Source of the DNA: Carpediemonas membranifera BICM
Taxonomy: Eukaryota; Protista; Fornicata
DNA length: 64,000 nt
Direction of reading: 5' to 3'
NCBI GenBank assembly: GCA_019828565.1
Contig: JAHDYR010000007.1
Coordinates: 1-64,000, forward strand
Position 1 is the stretch's first letter. Each line of letters opens with the position of its first letter. The translations under genes and the position numbers were made by a program. The notes under the pieces were generated by a model. It was not told the DNA's origin. It was given only the letters and a program-made list of their open reading frames with translations, and made no database searches. Shown here one piece after another: positions 10,989 through 22,892 of the stretch.

Positions 10989-13976
10989 GTGTCCGTCCTG
11001 TTCGACTCGGGCGCTGACTGCGCAACCATTGACCCCAAGCTCTGCCACGGCAAGGCAGTGAAGTGGATCTCACACGAGAAGACACTTATCGAGACAGTGG
11101 GCGGCGTCAGAGAGGCCGATGGTCAGGTATCCTTCCGCCTCGTCTTAGCGCCCTCGCCATTCACTCCGCGCGGATGCTCTATCACTATTAAGGCCTACGT
11201 CCTGTCGACCGCTTTCGATGTATGCCTGGGTTACCCTCAGATGGTGGAGATCGGCCTTCTCCCTTCGTTGTCTGAGCCTACCAGCGAGCTCGCAGCCAGC
11301 GACGAACCACCTACATTCGAGAAGTACGTCGCGCAAGCCAGAGCCATGTCCTCTTCCTTTTCTCAGAGGCAGGCCGACATCCTCAAGCGTTACGCCCGGA
11401 CATTCGTGGACCGTACCGAGCCAAGCCGGCTCGAACCGTATGATTTGGTCCTCAAGGGCGACAGAGTCGTACACATTCGGCCGTACTATGTTCCCCCGCC
11501 GAAAGTCCCGATCATTCAAGAGCACATTAATACGCTCCTGGCAAAGCGCTACATCGAGGCATGCCAGTCTCAATACGCGAGCCCTACCATCATAGTTCCA
11601 AAGAAGGGGGGAAAGACGCGTTTTGTCGTCGACTTCCGCGAGATCAATCAACTAACGGAACCATTCGACTACCCCATCCCTCGCATAGACGAAGTTCTCA
11701 CTCAACTGTCCGGAAAGTCTGTGTTCGCTACCCTAGACTTGTCAGCAGGATACCATCAGATCCCTCTTACTGAACGGTGCCGTCACCTAACCGCCTTCCG
11801 TACTGTTTTTGGTCAATACCAATATACACGGATGCCCTTCGGCTTACGTAACGCCGGAGCGTACTTCCAGAGGGCGATGGAAGACGGGTTCAAGGGTCTG
11901 GTGGGCTCCGCCTGTGTCATATACATTGATGACATCATCGTCATGGGTGCGGATGAGGACGAGTACCTGGGAAACCTCGAAAAAGTCATGCAACGCGTTG
12001 ACAAGCTTAACCTTCAGCTCGGCCGAGATAAGTGCCAGTTCGGTCGGCAAGAGGTCGAGTTCCTCGGGTGGATCATATCCCAAGGCAGCGTGAAGATCTC
12101 ACCCCAGCGGACCGAAGATATCGCGAACCTCAAGCTGTCTTCATCCACGAAGGGCATGCAGGGTCTCAACGGATTCCTCAACTATTTCCGCGATTACATA
12201 CCCAACTTCGCGGTCCGAGCTAAGCCTCTGCTAGACGCCATGTCCGGTCGGCAGACCCCCTCGAGACGTTCTTCAGAAGTCGCTGGACGATCTGAAACAA
12301 GCTTTATGTTCGGCCGACGCTCTAGCCATGTTCGACGCGACTAAGCCTCACACCGTCATGACTGACGCATCCGATGTCGGGTACGGAGCAGTCTTACTCC
12401 AAGAGGGCCGACCAGTTTGTTATATGTCGCGTGCGTTCAACGACGTCCAGTCACGCTGGTGTACCGGTGAGAAAGAAGCCTACGCTATCGTGGCAGCGTT
12501 ACAACGATGGCGCAAGTTCCTGTGCTGGGAGAGCTTTACTATTCTCACGGATCACCGGAACCTACTCTATATGTACCGGTCCACCAACGCCAAGGTCCGC
12601 CGGTGGGCTGATTCGATCGCCGATTTAGATTTCACCCTACAGCACATCGCCGGTCTGGACAACGGTGGAGCCGACGGTCTCTCGAGAGTATTCTCCATGC
12701 AACAGGCGTCGAGGGATCAGGTATCCCGCGCTCATCTCACAGCAGGAGCTCATCTGTCTCGCCGGATGACAACCGAGCAACTTAGGGCCGACGGTTTGTC
12801 TGTCTCCCGTCAAGTCGTAGACGACGTGATTACCGCGTGTCCAGAGTGCCAAGTCTTGGCCCGCCCTCCTGTTGATACGCCCGACGGCCTGCATACAGCT
12901 GTAGACCTCCCGTTCCGGCGTGTGGCCATTGACACCATGGGTCCGCTACCGACGGTCAACGGCCTGTCCTACGTGACAGTAATGATCGACATGTGCTCCC
13001 GCTGGACAGAGCTAGTCCCGGTCAACAGCACCTCAGCCAAAGACGCAGCCAACGCATTGGTCAACACCTGGATTCTACGATACGGATGCCCCCGAAGTCG
13101 TCCAATCGGATGGGGGCTCAGAGTTCAAAAACGCTCTGTTCAAACGCCTCTCCGAAGAGATGGGGTTCGACGTCCACATAACGACAGCATACCATCCCCA
13201 GAGCAACGGTGTCGTCGAACGCGCGAACAAGGAGGTCGAACGCATCCTCAGAGCCAGGAAGCTGGAGTTAAGGAATAACGATTGGGTAGCACACCTACCA
13301 GTCGCCCAATTCTTGGTCAACTCAATGCCCAGGATCCCGACCCGGTTGACTCCGGCCGAGATCATGTTTGGCGCCAACTTATCAATACCGTCATCGATCT
13401 ATATCACGGATGCCGCCTCGGCTGGTCCGCCACAGTCGAAGCTAGCCGCAGCCGATGCCGCCATCCAACTCGCCAAAGCAAGGATTAGAGCCATGCGCGA
13501 AGACGCTCTCGCAAAGGCAACCTCATCGAGAAGCGAGATATTGAGCCGTTTCGTGCTGGTCAAATACTACCCAAGACCACCGAGCAAGCTAGCCCCCGGG
13601 CTGGCGCGGCCCCATGAGGCGTGTCGCAGCCGTCAAACGTGATGGTGTTGTCGTCGCATATGAGGTCCAAGACCTCAGTCAGTCAGCGGACGGTCCAACT
13701 ATCAAGGTAGACGCGGCACGTGTGCGAAGATTTGACCCAGGCAAGCTCTCGGAGCAACAGATCTATGACCTCGCAGCCGCTTCCGTCGATGAGTGGCATG
13801 TCGAGCGCATCTCACGCTCTAGAGGCTCGGGCCCCAAGTCAAGGCGCGAGTACCTCGTACACTGGGTCGGATTCGAGGATTCAGAGGCTTCATTCGAACC
13901 TTATTCGCACGTCAAAGATTTGGAAGCCCTCGATACATATTTGAAGTCTGACCAAGCCAAGCGTGACGGTCTGTAA
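10989..13976 (+). pseudogene. pol of B2 (protease, RT, RNase H, integrase, chromodomain; 3 frameshifts)
   Basis: ORFs 10989-12344, 12328-13278, 13160-13642, 13614-13976; the indels lie in C-runs. Confidence 0.9.
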
Positions 13977-14018
13977 AACTTCTCAACATCGAAGCTGTAT
14001 CCTCGAGGAACAAACGAT

Positions 14019-14912
14019 TTATTCAGAGCTAGATTCCTCGTCTTCCGTCTCCTCCGTGTCCGTCAGCTCGACCAACCAAGTCGGGTCAGCGTGGCGCTCA
14101 AGGGCGTTCTCAGCCAAGTACTCTCGCACACACCGGACAAGGCAGAGATCAGCGTTGAGGGACACGATGCTGAGTCCCGAGTATCCGTCATACTGCAGGA
14201 TCAACACAAAAGACCCGGGACCACAAGTCGTCTTCAGATACTCGTGACGGACTACGCACGTGACAGTGTAGTAGCGGTCCGGATCAGAGACCTGAAGCGG
14301 CTCCCAGTGAGCCTCATCGCCAATGGCGGGCAGGTAGCCGTCGTGGCACAAGCGGCTGACCAGGGTTGCCCAGAAGTCGTTGGGAGCCGGGATGCGCCGG
14401 CTGATGCCGTAGACAGCGACACGGAAGTAGTCCGGTGCGAGGACGAGGACCAACAGGCGGTTAAGATATCCGCGCGCTGTAGTGTCCGACTTGACCCCGC
14501 CGGCAGTCCGCACAGCCGCCACGAGAGCTGCAGAGTAGTGACCATTACCGGGTGAAGACCCACCCAGCGTGATGTCGCGGCCCCGGATCGCGGCCGACAC
14601 GATGTCGCCATCGGTCAAGCGCTTCCTGCCGAGCTTGAGGTGGGCCCTCACACCGGCAAGCGCGACCTGGCAGTGAGCCACGAGAGCCAAGACCTGCTGG
14701 GTCAGCTTCACGTCCTGCACTACGGCTGCGTCGTTCAGACGACCTTGCTCAATAGCGTCAAAGATTCGCTGGAGCGGCAGCTCGATGGAGTTGGTGTAAC
14801 CTTCCAGGCGTCGGGCAACCTCGGCCTTGATGTCGTGGGGCATCAGAGTCGTCATCGTCAGGGTGCGAGTGATGCGTTCTGAGGCTTGCACGCGGTGACT
14901 ATATAACCTCAC
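14019..14912 (-). CDS. antisense accessory ORF of B2
   Basis: same protein as 8910-9803. Confidence 0.75.
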   Translation of the reverse strand: MRLYSHRVQASERITRTLTMTTLMPHDIKAEVARRLEGYTNSIELPLQRIFDAIEQGRLNDAAVVQDVKLTQQVLALVAHCQVALAGVRAHLKLGRKRLTDGDIVSAAIRGRDITLGGSSPGNGHYSAALVAAVRTAGGVKSDTTARGYLNRLLVLVLAPDYFRVAVYGISRRIPAPNDFWATLVSRLCHDGYLPAIGDEAHWEPLQVSDPDRYYTVTCVVRHEYLKTTCGPGSFVLILQYDGYSGLSIVSLNADLCLVRCVREYLAENALERHADPTWLVELTDTEETEDEESSSE

Positions 14913-15630
14913 GGTTGATGTTTGTTACTTACAGATTGTCGGTGACCATGCGCTTGCGTCCACGATACTTCTGAGCGCGAAGGGAACGACAAACGGACGT
15001 ATGGGCAACAATAAGTGGCCTAGCCAGATCGTCATCACCAAGTTCGGTGATTTTGGCACGAATTTCCTTCAGAACGGCCTCTACGGCTGTGTTGTCCGAC
15101 ATCAAATGAGTTGACGGCGACATATCCTGCACATTTCTCGGAAACGGTCGAAGGAACAACTAACAAGGTCATCTTAGTCTTCAAGCATGCATTTATTGTC
15201 GGTAATAAGGCATTAGGAGCTTCCTAGTGCTCCTTCCGGTCAGTTTGATGTTGTTATTCAAGTACAGTTGGACGCAGAAAATTAGAAGCCTCAGAACTCC
15301 TCAACGGAGCCGAATTGGAGCTTCTAAGTACGTTTTTCGGCGTCTGTGTGATTATGAGCGATAAGGGCTCAGCATTGGCAGTGTTTGCTAGAGCAATCGT
15401 TCTTGGCCTTCGAATTACATGGAATGGCATATAACACGTATAAGGTTTGTGAAGACGGCCTAGGAAGGCCGTGGAGGGGCAGTGGTAAGCCTCTCCGTCA
15501 CGTTTCACCATTTTTGAAACAGAGCTCACATAGCGGTACCGCAGTTAGATCATGATACCATCATTTTGATTTCGTTCAGCTAGATGCGAAAGCACTCAGG
15601 CCATGGGGTTGCCAGCCCTATGAGTCACCG

Positions 15631-16362
15631 AAAGAAAGAAAGAAAGAAAAATTTATGGTGCCTGGTATCGGGCCCCGGTTACTTAGGCTGATCTCCCTTA
15701 TTACTGGAGCCGAGTTCCCCGGGGCGCTGCCTCCTCCCCTGCGATTGGACTTGTCAGCTGCGTCCAACGAGCGATTCGGTGCTACTGCTTCCGCTCACTC
15801 CCGATTTCACTTCCCCCCATAGGCCTTCGCCATCTCCGTGCGCTGAGCGCTTTCCTGTCTCCCTGTAAACCCGGCAGCTTCCAGGGAGCCTGGGGGTCTG
15901 TCCACGGTGCTTCCACAGGCAGGTTTGTCCTGCAAGACCTTCTCTATAGCACTCCCTGATTCCCTGCAGTCCCTACGGGGTCGTTCAAGCATGGCACCCT
16001 CTCCTCTTTCCAGATTCCCTGTTCAGTGCCCCCACGACCCTGTTAAGTGGCCTACCCGTGGGCGGGGAAAGCAACTAAGTCCCTCTCATCTACCCCTGTT
16101 AGGCGGCGTGGGCTAGGGCTAACACAGACTCTAGATCTGCAAGGCCTAGTACCCCTTATGATAGTTCTCTTGTGCTACACTTCCCAGCGTCCCTCTATCG
16201 TTCACAAGGGCGGCGGGGACGTCATGTCCCCCCGTATCCCATGCTCAGTCCCTGCAGTTTCCTTAGGTTCACCGCGAGTGGTGCAACCATCCAATTGATG
16301 GATTTCCTCTGTCCCTGGCCCTGCCCTCTCCCTGGGAAACATGGGGGGTCTCCCCTTGATCC
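15631..16362 (-). mobile_element. same LINE 3'-end insertion, in B2
   Basis: same site and TSD (15616-15630/16363-16377) as in B1. Confidence 0.9.
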
Positions 16363-16465
16363 CCCTATGAGTCACCGTTGGCGGTCGGGTGGCACCGTCC
16401 AGGCCTTTGGTGAAATGCTGACGTCAAGTCTCTCTGTCATGCCTATACCAGGCATGGAGGGGCAG

Positions 16466-16587
16466 TGTTGTGGGTCCTACCCAAAGTTACACAGATTTAC
16501 GTTATATTTAATAGTCAAGGAGTTTCTCCTCGACACCCTTGTGTCGAGTCTTCTCCTCAGTAAAAGTTCAACACCCATTGAACCACA
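16466..16587 (+). repeat. 3' LTR of B2 (122 bp)
   Basis: TGTTG...CCACA, preceded by PPT. Confidence 0.95.
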
Positions 16588-17211
16588 CGGTACAGACACT
16601 TCTGAATTCATGAGAATTTCTATCCAAGCTGTTTACGTTGTTACATTTGTCTATTTACGTAAACTCCTGGCATTGACAATACCTAAAACTGCGACATTTG
16701 TCGATCATGATTCGAGCAACTAGCCACCAAAAGGTAGAAACGGTAACGTCAGGGATCGTGGAAGTTGCCAAAGTACAAGATTCTTACCAAATAATCCGAA
16801 AAACTGCTCAGGGCTTGCGAAAGGAAGAAGAAATCAACAAAAGGGTGAATGACACAGAGTTTCTGCTGCAAGAGATACGCGATTTGTTTATAGATGCCAT
16901 ACAGACGATGAGGGACAAGTAAAAATGACATTCACTAGCTTTGCTTCTCATTTCACATATTCTTGTGAAATATGTGAAATGTGAAACAGATTCTAGTGAA
17001 TCTCATTTTTTCTTGCACTTTTTGGAGTATCTCCAGGGTATCTCCCGGGAGACTCTAGCCATTCTTACAGTATGTGGCCTGGAGGTCGTGGCGTAGGTGG
17101 TCAGTGCAAAGGCGAAAGCCTCCTTCCAAAGGTCGTCGTCTCAAGACTGAGGGTGGGCAGCCCGAAGCCTGTCAACCAGAGTGTGCGCGCGAATCGGGAG
17201 AGCAGGCCCTC

Positions 17212-20200
17212 TGTTGCAGCAGGAAACACAGAGAGTGATTTAATTGATCCGGGGTAAATCAGTCATCAATTGATTACACTTCCCCCAAGATCCGGAAATA
17301 AAAATTCGGATCTTCCAAAATCTCCAGAACCCCGAAATAAAATTCCTTGGTCCAAATCTTCAGCAGAATCTATTCCCGCAGGTTATGTCTCATTGAAGGT
17401 CCCCATGCTGAGGACGCATCAAAAACAAACCATCAACGTCGTATGCCGTGAATAACAACTAATCAACATCAAAACCAATGGAATCCAGCTTATTGTAGCT
17501 GAACACTGCTCCTTCCCCCATGGGTCCGAAGTTTCCAGCCTTTTCAGCGACTACCGCCTTAGTTCGCTTTGAACCGCAGCATCTTCCGCTGTGCAGGCAA
17601 CTTCTTCGCCAAATGAGGTACTTTCTCCAAGTATCTGTCAAGTGCTTCGAGTTTGTCTAGCTCCAATGTGAATGGCTCCCACGTGGCTTCCTCAGGAAGG
17701 TACCCTTCCCAAATAACATGCAGTAGCAGCTTCCGTCCCTCGAACTTGTGCTCGTTGATCTCCTCCACCACGTATTCGTCGTCTCGCTCCGCAGCAACCT
17801 GCTTCAGCTGATCGAGCGTCAAGCTTGTCTCGAACACCCTGAGCCTGTCAGCGTGGATGCTGTGGGTCTTCCCGGACGTCAGGTTACGGACACGATAAAC
17901 GTTCGGGGACTTGTCTGGGCCTATGCACCACATCGGCCCGAGCAGAGTAGATCTCCTACCGGAGTTCGACGCCACCAGGACTGCGGTGTCTTGTAGCTCG
18001 ATGTGATCGCGACTTGGCGACTCTCCATCACACAGTTGTTGCTGAACCACACGATTAACTTCAATCCTACGCCTAAAGAGCTCCAACGAGACTGTATCGT
18101 CACTCAACTCGTCAAGAGTCGAGTCTTGCTCCTGGTCGTACAGTACCGTCCACGGGGACATGCCCGTGGTACTATTCTTCGTCGAGTTAAGGATGAACTG
18201 AGCGTGTGGAATCAGTTTCGTCCAGTCACGTGTCTTGCACTCCGTCATCAGGCACTTCAGATGCTTCTTCAGCTCCGCGTTCTGACGTTCGACGACGCCT
18301 TGCGATGCCGGTCGGTACGGCGTACCGATATGATGTTTCATCGATAGCTTCTCCACCATGGTGTCGACGAGCTGATTTCGGTATTGGGACCCACCGTCTG
18401 AATGGATTAAACGGGGTATACCGTAGTGGGCGACCCATTGTAATAGGGCCTCAGCTGCCTCTGCCGCAGTCGTGGAGTGGGTGGGGTATAACATCGTAAG
18501 CTTGGAGAACGTGTCGATGGCCACCACGATGTGGCGGTAACCGCCGTCAGATTCAGGTAGGGGTCCAACAGTGTCTACTTGTACTACGTCAAATGGAAGG
18601 CGTCCCATCGTCGAATGCCGGTCCTGCGGCACTCGCTCAGCTGTCTGCCGATGGACTTGGCAGACCGGGCAGGCCTTGACGAACTGTTTCACCTCGTTGT
18701 ACATCCCCTTCCACGTCTCTCCTCTTTCAATCAGGCGTTGTAGGGTAGCCCGAATGCCCAGATGTCCTTGTAAACCCCCATGTATGCTTTCGATCAGGTC
18801 AGTATGGCTCGTATCGGCACTTTGTAGGTGTACTAGACGGGACAAGCCGTCTGCACCGCCGTTGGCCACTCCTGGTACGTGTTCCACGGAATAGTTGAAC
18901 CGTGCCATGGCCAGATGCCACCTAACCACCTTAGCGTTGGCAGAGGTGGCCAGGTAGAGCAGATTTTTGTGGTCAGTGCGCACAACGAACTCTCGTCCGA
19001 TCAGTAGTCGCTCTGCCTTCTGCATTGCGAAATAAATCGCGAACGCCTCCTTCTCATACGTCGACCATCGGCGTTGGGTAGCGTCGAATGTCTTCGAGTA
19101 AAAGGCGATCGGACTAGGACCTGACGCGGATTCTTGCATCAGTACGGCACCTGCTGCGACATCACTTGCGTCGGTCTGCAATATCAGCTTCGACCCAGGC
19201 TTGGGGTGTACGAGCATTCTGTTGTCCAGCAGGCAGGTCTTGACGCGCTCAAATGCGTCTTGTTGGTCTGGTCCCCACTCAAACTTCCTGTTGGCCCGGG
19301 TGAGGGCCGCAAGGGGCTCAGTTATGTCCGCGTAGCGCTCAATCATGGGGCGGAAGTAGTTAACAGTCCCCAAGAGCGTACGAAGCGTCGACAGGTCACG
19401 GGGGGTGCAAGATCGTGAATTCCTTGCAGGCGATCCTCTGCGATCCTCTTGCCGTCGGCGCTAACGGTCCATCCTAGATAATCGATCTCGGACGCAGCGA
19501 AGATGCACTTCTTCGCATTGAGACGGAGTCCTCGAGTGTGGAGTTTTCCGAGAACGGTCTCCAGGCGACGTAGAAATTCGGTTTTGTCCCGGCCGTAGAC
19601 CACTACGTCGTCCACGTACACCAAACAGTCGGTGTACACGCTGCTTCCTAGCGCTGCCTCCAGGGCCCGTTGGCAGTACGCTGCAGCATTTTTTAGCCCA
19701 AAGGGCATCCTCGTATAACAGTATTTGACACCGTCAACGATAAAGGCCGTCATATCCTGGCATTCGTGTTTCAAGGGGATTTAAAGAAACGCCTTGCTCA
19801 AATCAAGGGCTGCAAAGTATGAGTTGCCCTGCAGCCTCTCTACGAGGTCGTCTATTAGAGGCAAGGGGTGGGTCAGGTCAGTCGTGATCTCGTTCAGACG
19901 TCTAAAGTCAAGGCACACGCGACGTGTACGGTCCCGCTTCCAAGCTAACACAACCGGGTTGTTGTACTGGCTCTCGGAACGTCTTATAACCGCCATGTTG
20001 CAAAGCTCCTCGACCTGCCGCTTCATCTCTTCCACTTCGCCCTCGCCGTAGCGGTAGGGCGGTACGTTGACCACTCTGTCATGTCGAAGGTCCAACCCGA
20101 ATGGCTCCACATCGGCCGGCTCATCAATACCTCCGAACAACCCCCCTAGCTTCGCTAACACCTCTTCGACCTCCACGGTCAGGTCCATTATCACCGGCTT

Positions 20201-21494
20201 GGCATCATTGGTCTTCTGCGCGCTCGACAGGTAGACTTCTTCGTCAAACTCATCGCCCTCCAGCTCCAGGAACGTCTTGGTCCCTTCTCCAGCTGTTGGT
20301 AGATGGATTTCCACCAAGCCCAAGGCCGTTAGCGTCGGGAATCCGAACACTATCTGCGGCTTAAGCCTCGGTAGGATGTAGAGTACTAGCTTCGCCGTAG
20401 TACGGCGTCCTGTCTTCGGAATAACTCCTAGATCGATGTTGACTTCGATCTTCTCATGCACGTTGTAAACCGTCCCGCCTTGCAATCGAACCTTCACGTT
20501 TGTGGGGATAATTTCATCCGCGAACCCCAACTCGTCGATCAACGTCTTGTCGACAAAATCTGCGTCGGCCCCGGTGTCTAGCAATGTGTTAACGTCGCGA
20601 CCGTCTACACACACCACGGCTTCAGGACGCTTCGCGGTCCCCTGGGCGACCAAAGAGGAAGAAGACAGAGAGAAACAAGCCTGAGTTTTTACACCCTTCT
20701 TGCGTTCGTCCCTCTGCTTCTTCCAGCACTTTGTGGCATCGTGGCCCACCTTGTTGCAGTAGGGGCACTTGGTAGACGCCTTGTCTTCATGCTTCTTCTT
20801 GGTCTTCTCGCCCTTCGACTCAACTGACTGACGCTGCGCCTCACGTCTACCCTTCTCAGCCTCCAGGGCTTGCTCAAAAGCCACCTTCATGGTCTCCTCC
20901 AGATCCTTGCTCTTCTTCTTGGCGCCGATTCGCTCTCTCAGGACTTGATAGCGGACTCCAGCGACGAACGCCTCCACGAGTTGCTTGGCTTGAGGCTGCA
21001 GCTCGCCGAAGTAGGAACACGTCTCCTTGAATGTCAGCACGTAATCGGCCATGTTCTCGACGAGATTGCCCGACTCGGGGCAATTCAGCTTCTTCAGCCA
21101 TTCGATGGCCTCTAGCTCGTCGAGAGGTTGGAACATCTTGTTAATCAGGTCGATAAACTCCTCGTTCCACTCCGTCTCACGATCGGGGTCATGCTCATCC
21201 ATCGGTTCATCCACCACCTGGAGAAAAGAGCCCAGCATGGGAGAACGGCACTTAAACGTTTCGAGCACTTCGTTTGACACCAGGTCGAAAATAGCAATCG
21301 GATCACGGCACCTAGCGGCATAAGCACGCCAGGACTTAACCATATGGCGCCACTCCGCCACAGAGACCTTATTAAGGTAGGGTGCGTAGTTCAGTACTGT
21401 TTCCGGTACTACCATGGCAATATATATTGTTGCAGCAGGAAACACAGAGAGTGATTTAATTGATCCGGGGTAAATCAGTCATCAATTGATTACA
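17212..21494 (-). mobile_element. complete Gypsy chromodomain element H (4283 bp)
   Basis: identical 67-bp LTRs 17212-17278 and 21428-21494; 5-bp TSD CCCTC; PPT TTGGGGGAAG. Confidence 0.95.
17559..21415 (-). pseudogene. gag-pol of H (two frameshifts within RT)
   Basis: CPYCNKVGHDATKC, LLDTGA, YVDD, TDAS, integrase HHCC/DDE, chromodomain YVVEEI...VIWEGY. Confidence 0.9.
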
Positions 21495-22497
21495 CCCTCT
21501 AAGCTTCCCAAGAGCGTTCCTTGCCTGCTCTTTGATGACTGCGTCGGCGTCCAGCGGTGGTTTCCATGATGACACCCGGCCGAAGAAGCGACGGATTAGG
21601 CTCCACTTCGAGGTGATTGTGTCCTTGGTGACCCTTGAGGCTTGGTCCTTGGCCCATGCTCTTATGACTTCGATGCTGCTAGTGTCAGGTGGAAGGGCAC
21701 CCCAGAAACCCGAGAACTGTTGGAGCACACCCGCGACGTGGCGCTTGTCTACGAATCCACTTAACATGTCACCCTCGAGGGAGATGGTGAAGATGTCACT
21801 CCCACAAACAGGGCCGCCAATCGGTATGTGCCGTCCGCCTGCAGGGGGGTGATCGCTGATAGGTCCGCGTCCTCCGCTTTGACTCTGAAGAACATGCGGT
21901 GCGGAGTCAGCTCTCTCAGCGCAACTGCCGTCGGCGATCTGCAGTCGGACACTAGCAGGACGAGGGCACTTGGTAGGTATCTCGGCTGTGTGGTCCTTGC
22001 AATGTGGAGGTGGCACAGCTTTGCATATACTGCTGATAGGAGCGCGAAGGGTGTCACTGCTAGCCACCTTCCTGTCGACCAGTCCATGTCTATGAATCTG
22101 CTGACGTCGACCGTCGACGGGCTGCGTTCTACTCGTGCTCCAAGCCACTCGGAGGGCCAGATCTCTTTCTGCATGGGACCCCACTCGGCTGTGATCCTGT
22201 CGATAATCCGACGAGGCGCTGAGAGCGTTTCGGACCTCGACAATGCGTCGGCTTGGACGTTCAAGTGACCAGAGACGTGAAGGAGCCTTATCCTGATGGC
22301 CCTTTCGCTCAGTGTGGGTAGCAGGTCCCGTAAGACTGAGTCTACAAACTGCGGAGCCTTGGTTGAGCCTTGCTTGTTCCACCAGCTGACTGCTGCCACC
22401 GAGTCGGAGTAGATGGTGACCTCCGCGTCCGTCAACGGCTCTGCTATGGATCAGTCTCACTGCTTGTTCCACTGCTCGGAACTCGAGCAATGTGATG

Positions 22498-22892
22498 TGC
22501 TGTGGTGTGACACCCAATATTTACATAGATTTATTATTGATACGATCAGTCAAAGGGTTTCTTGCCGACACCTATTGTGTCGACTCTTCCCTTGTTGTTT
22601 TGATAAGCTATAAAGTCTGCGTCAGACCACAATACTAGTATTTCAACATGACTAAGACCGATAACAAGCTAATCCCACCGTTACTTCAATCTCCGACAAT
22701 GGAGAGCCTCATCTCATTTTTGGGAGTACTGAAAAACTACCGTACTCGCGGCGGCGAGCGCCCGATCGACAGTCTAATTGACGAACCCATTCGCCTGTAC
22801 GTTGAGCAGGTGCTAGGCGCCGTTGAAGAAGAAACCACTCCACTGCTGCTCTCGTCAAGCGGCAAGCAGCAATACGAAGACGAGATGACCGT
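22498..22892 (+). mobile_element. Gypsy D1 fragment: 5' LTR (about 22498-22631) and gag start (22648)
   Basis: LTR resembles B and C LTRs; palindrome AATACTAGTATT; gag N-terminus similar to B and C (PPLL...YRTRGG...LID). Confidence 0.75.

Larger units (their letters stand above)
10960..16587 (+). mobile_element. Gypsy element B, copy 2 (lacks gag and 5' LTR)
   Basis: matches B3 from about 31220 onward; PR-RT-RH-IN-chromodomain with small indels; 3' LTR 16466-16587. Confidence 0.95.
17070..22490 (-). mobile_element. YR retrotransposon K fragment (RNase H, MT-like domain, YR N-terminus), interrupted by Gypsy H
   Basis: ORF 21761-22435 has DIRS-type RNase H (IYSDS...HVSGHLNVQADALSR); overlapping frame continues across H into AFAFALTTYATTSRP, similar to the YR box of G and E; boundaries approximate. 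Confidence 0.75.
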
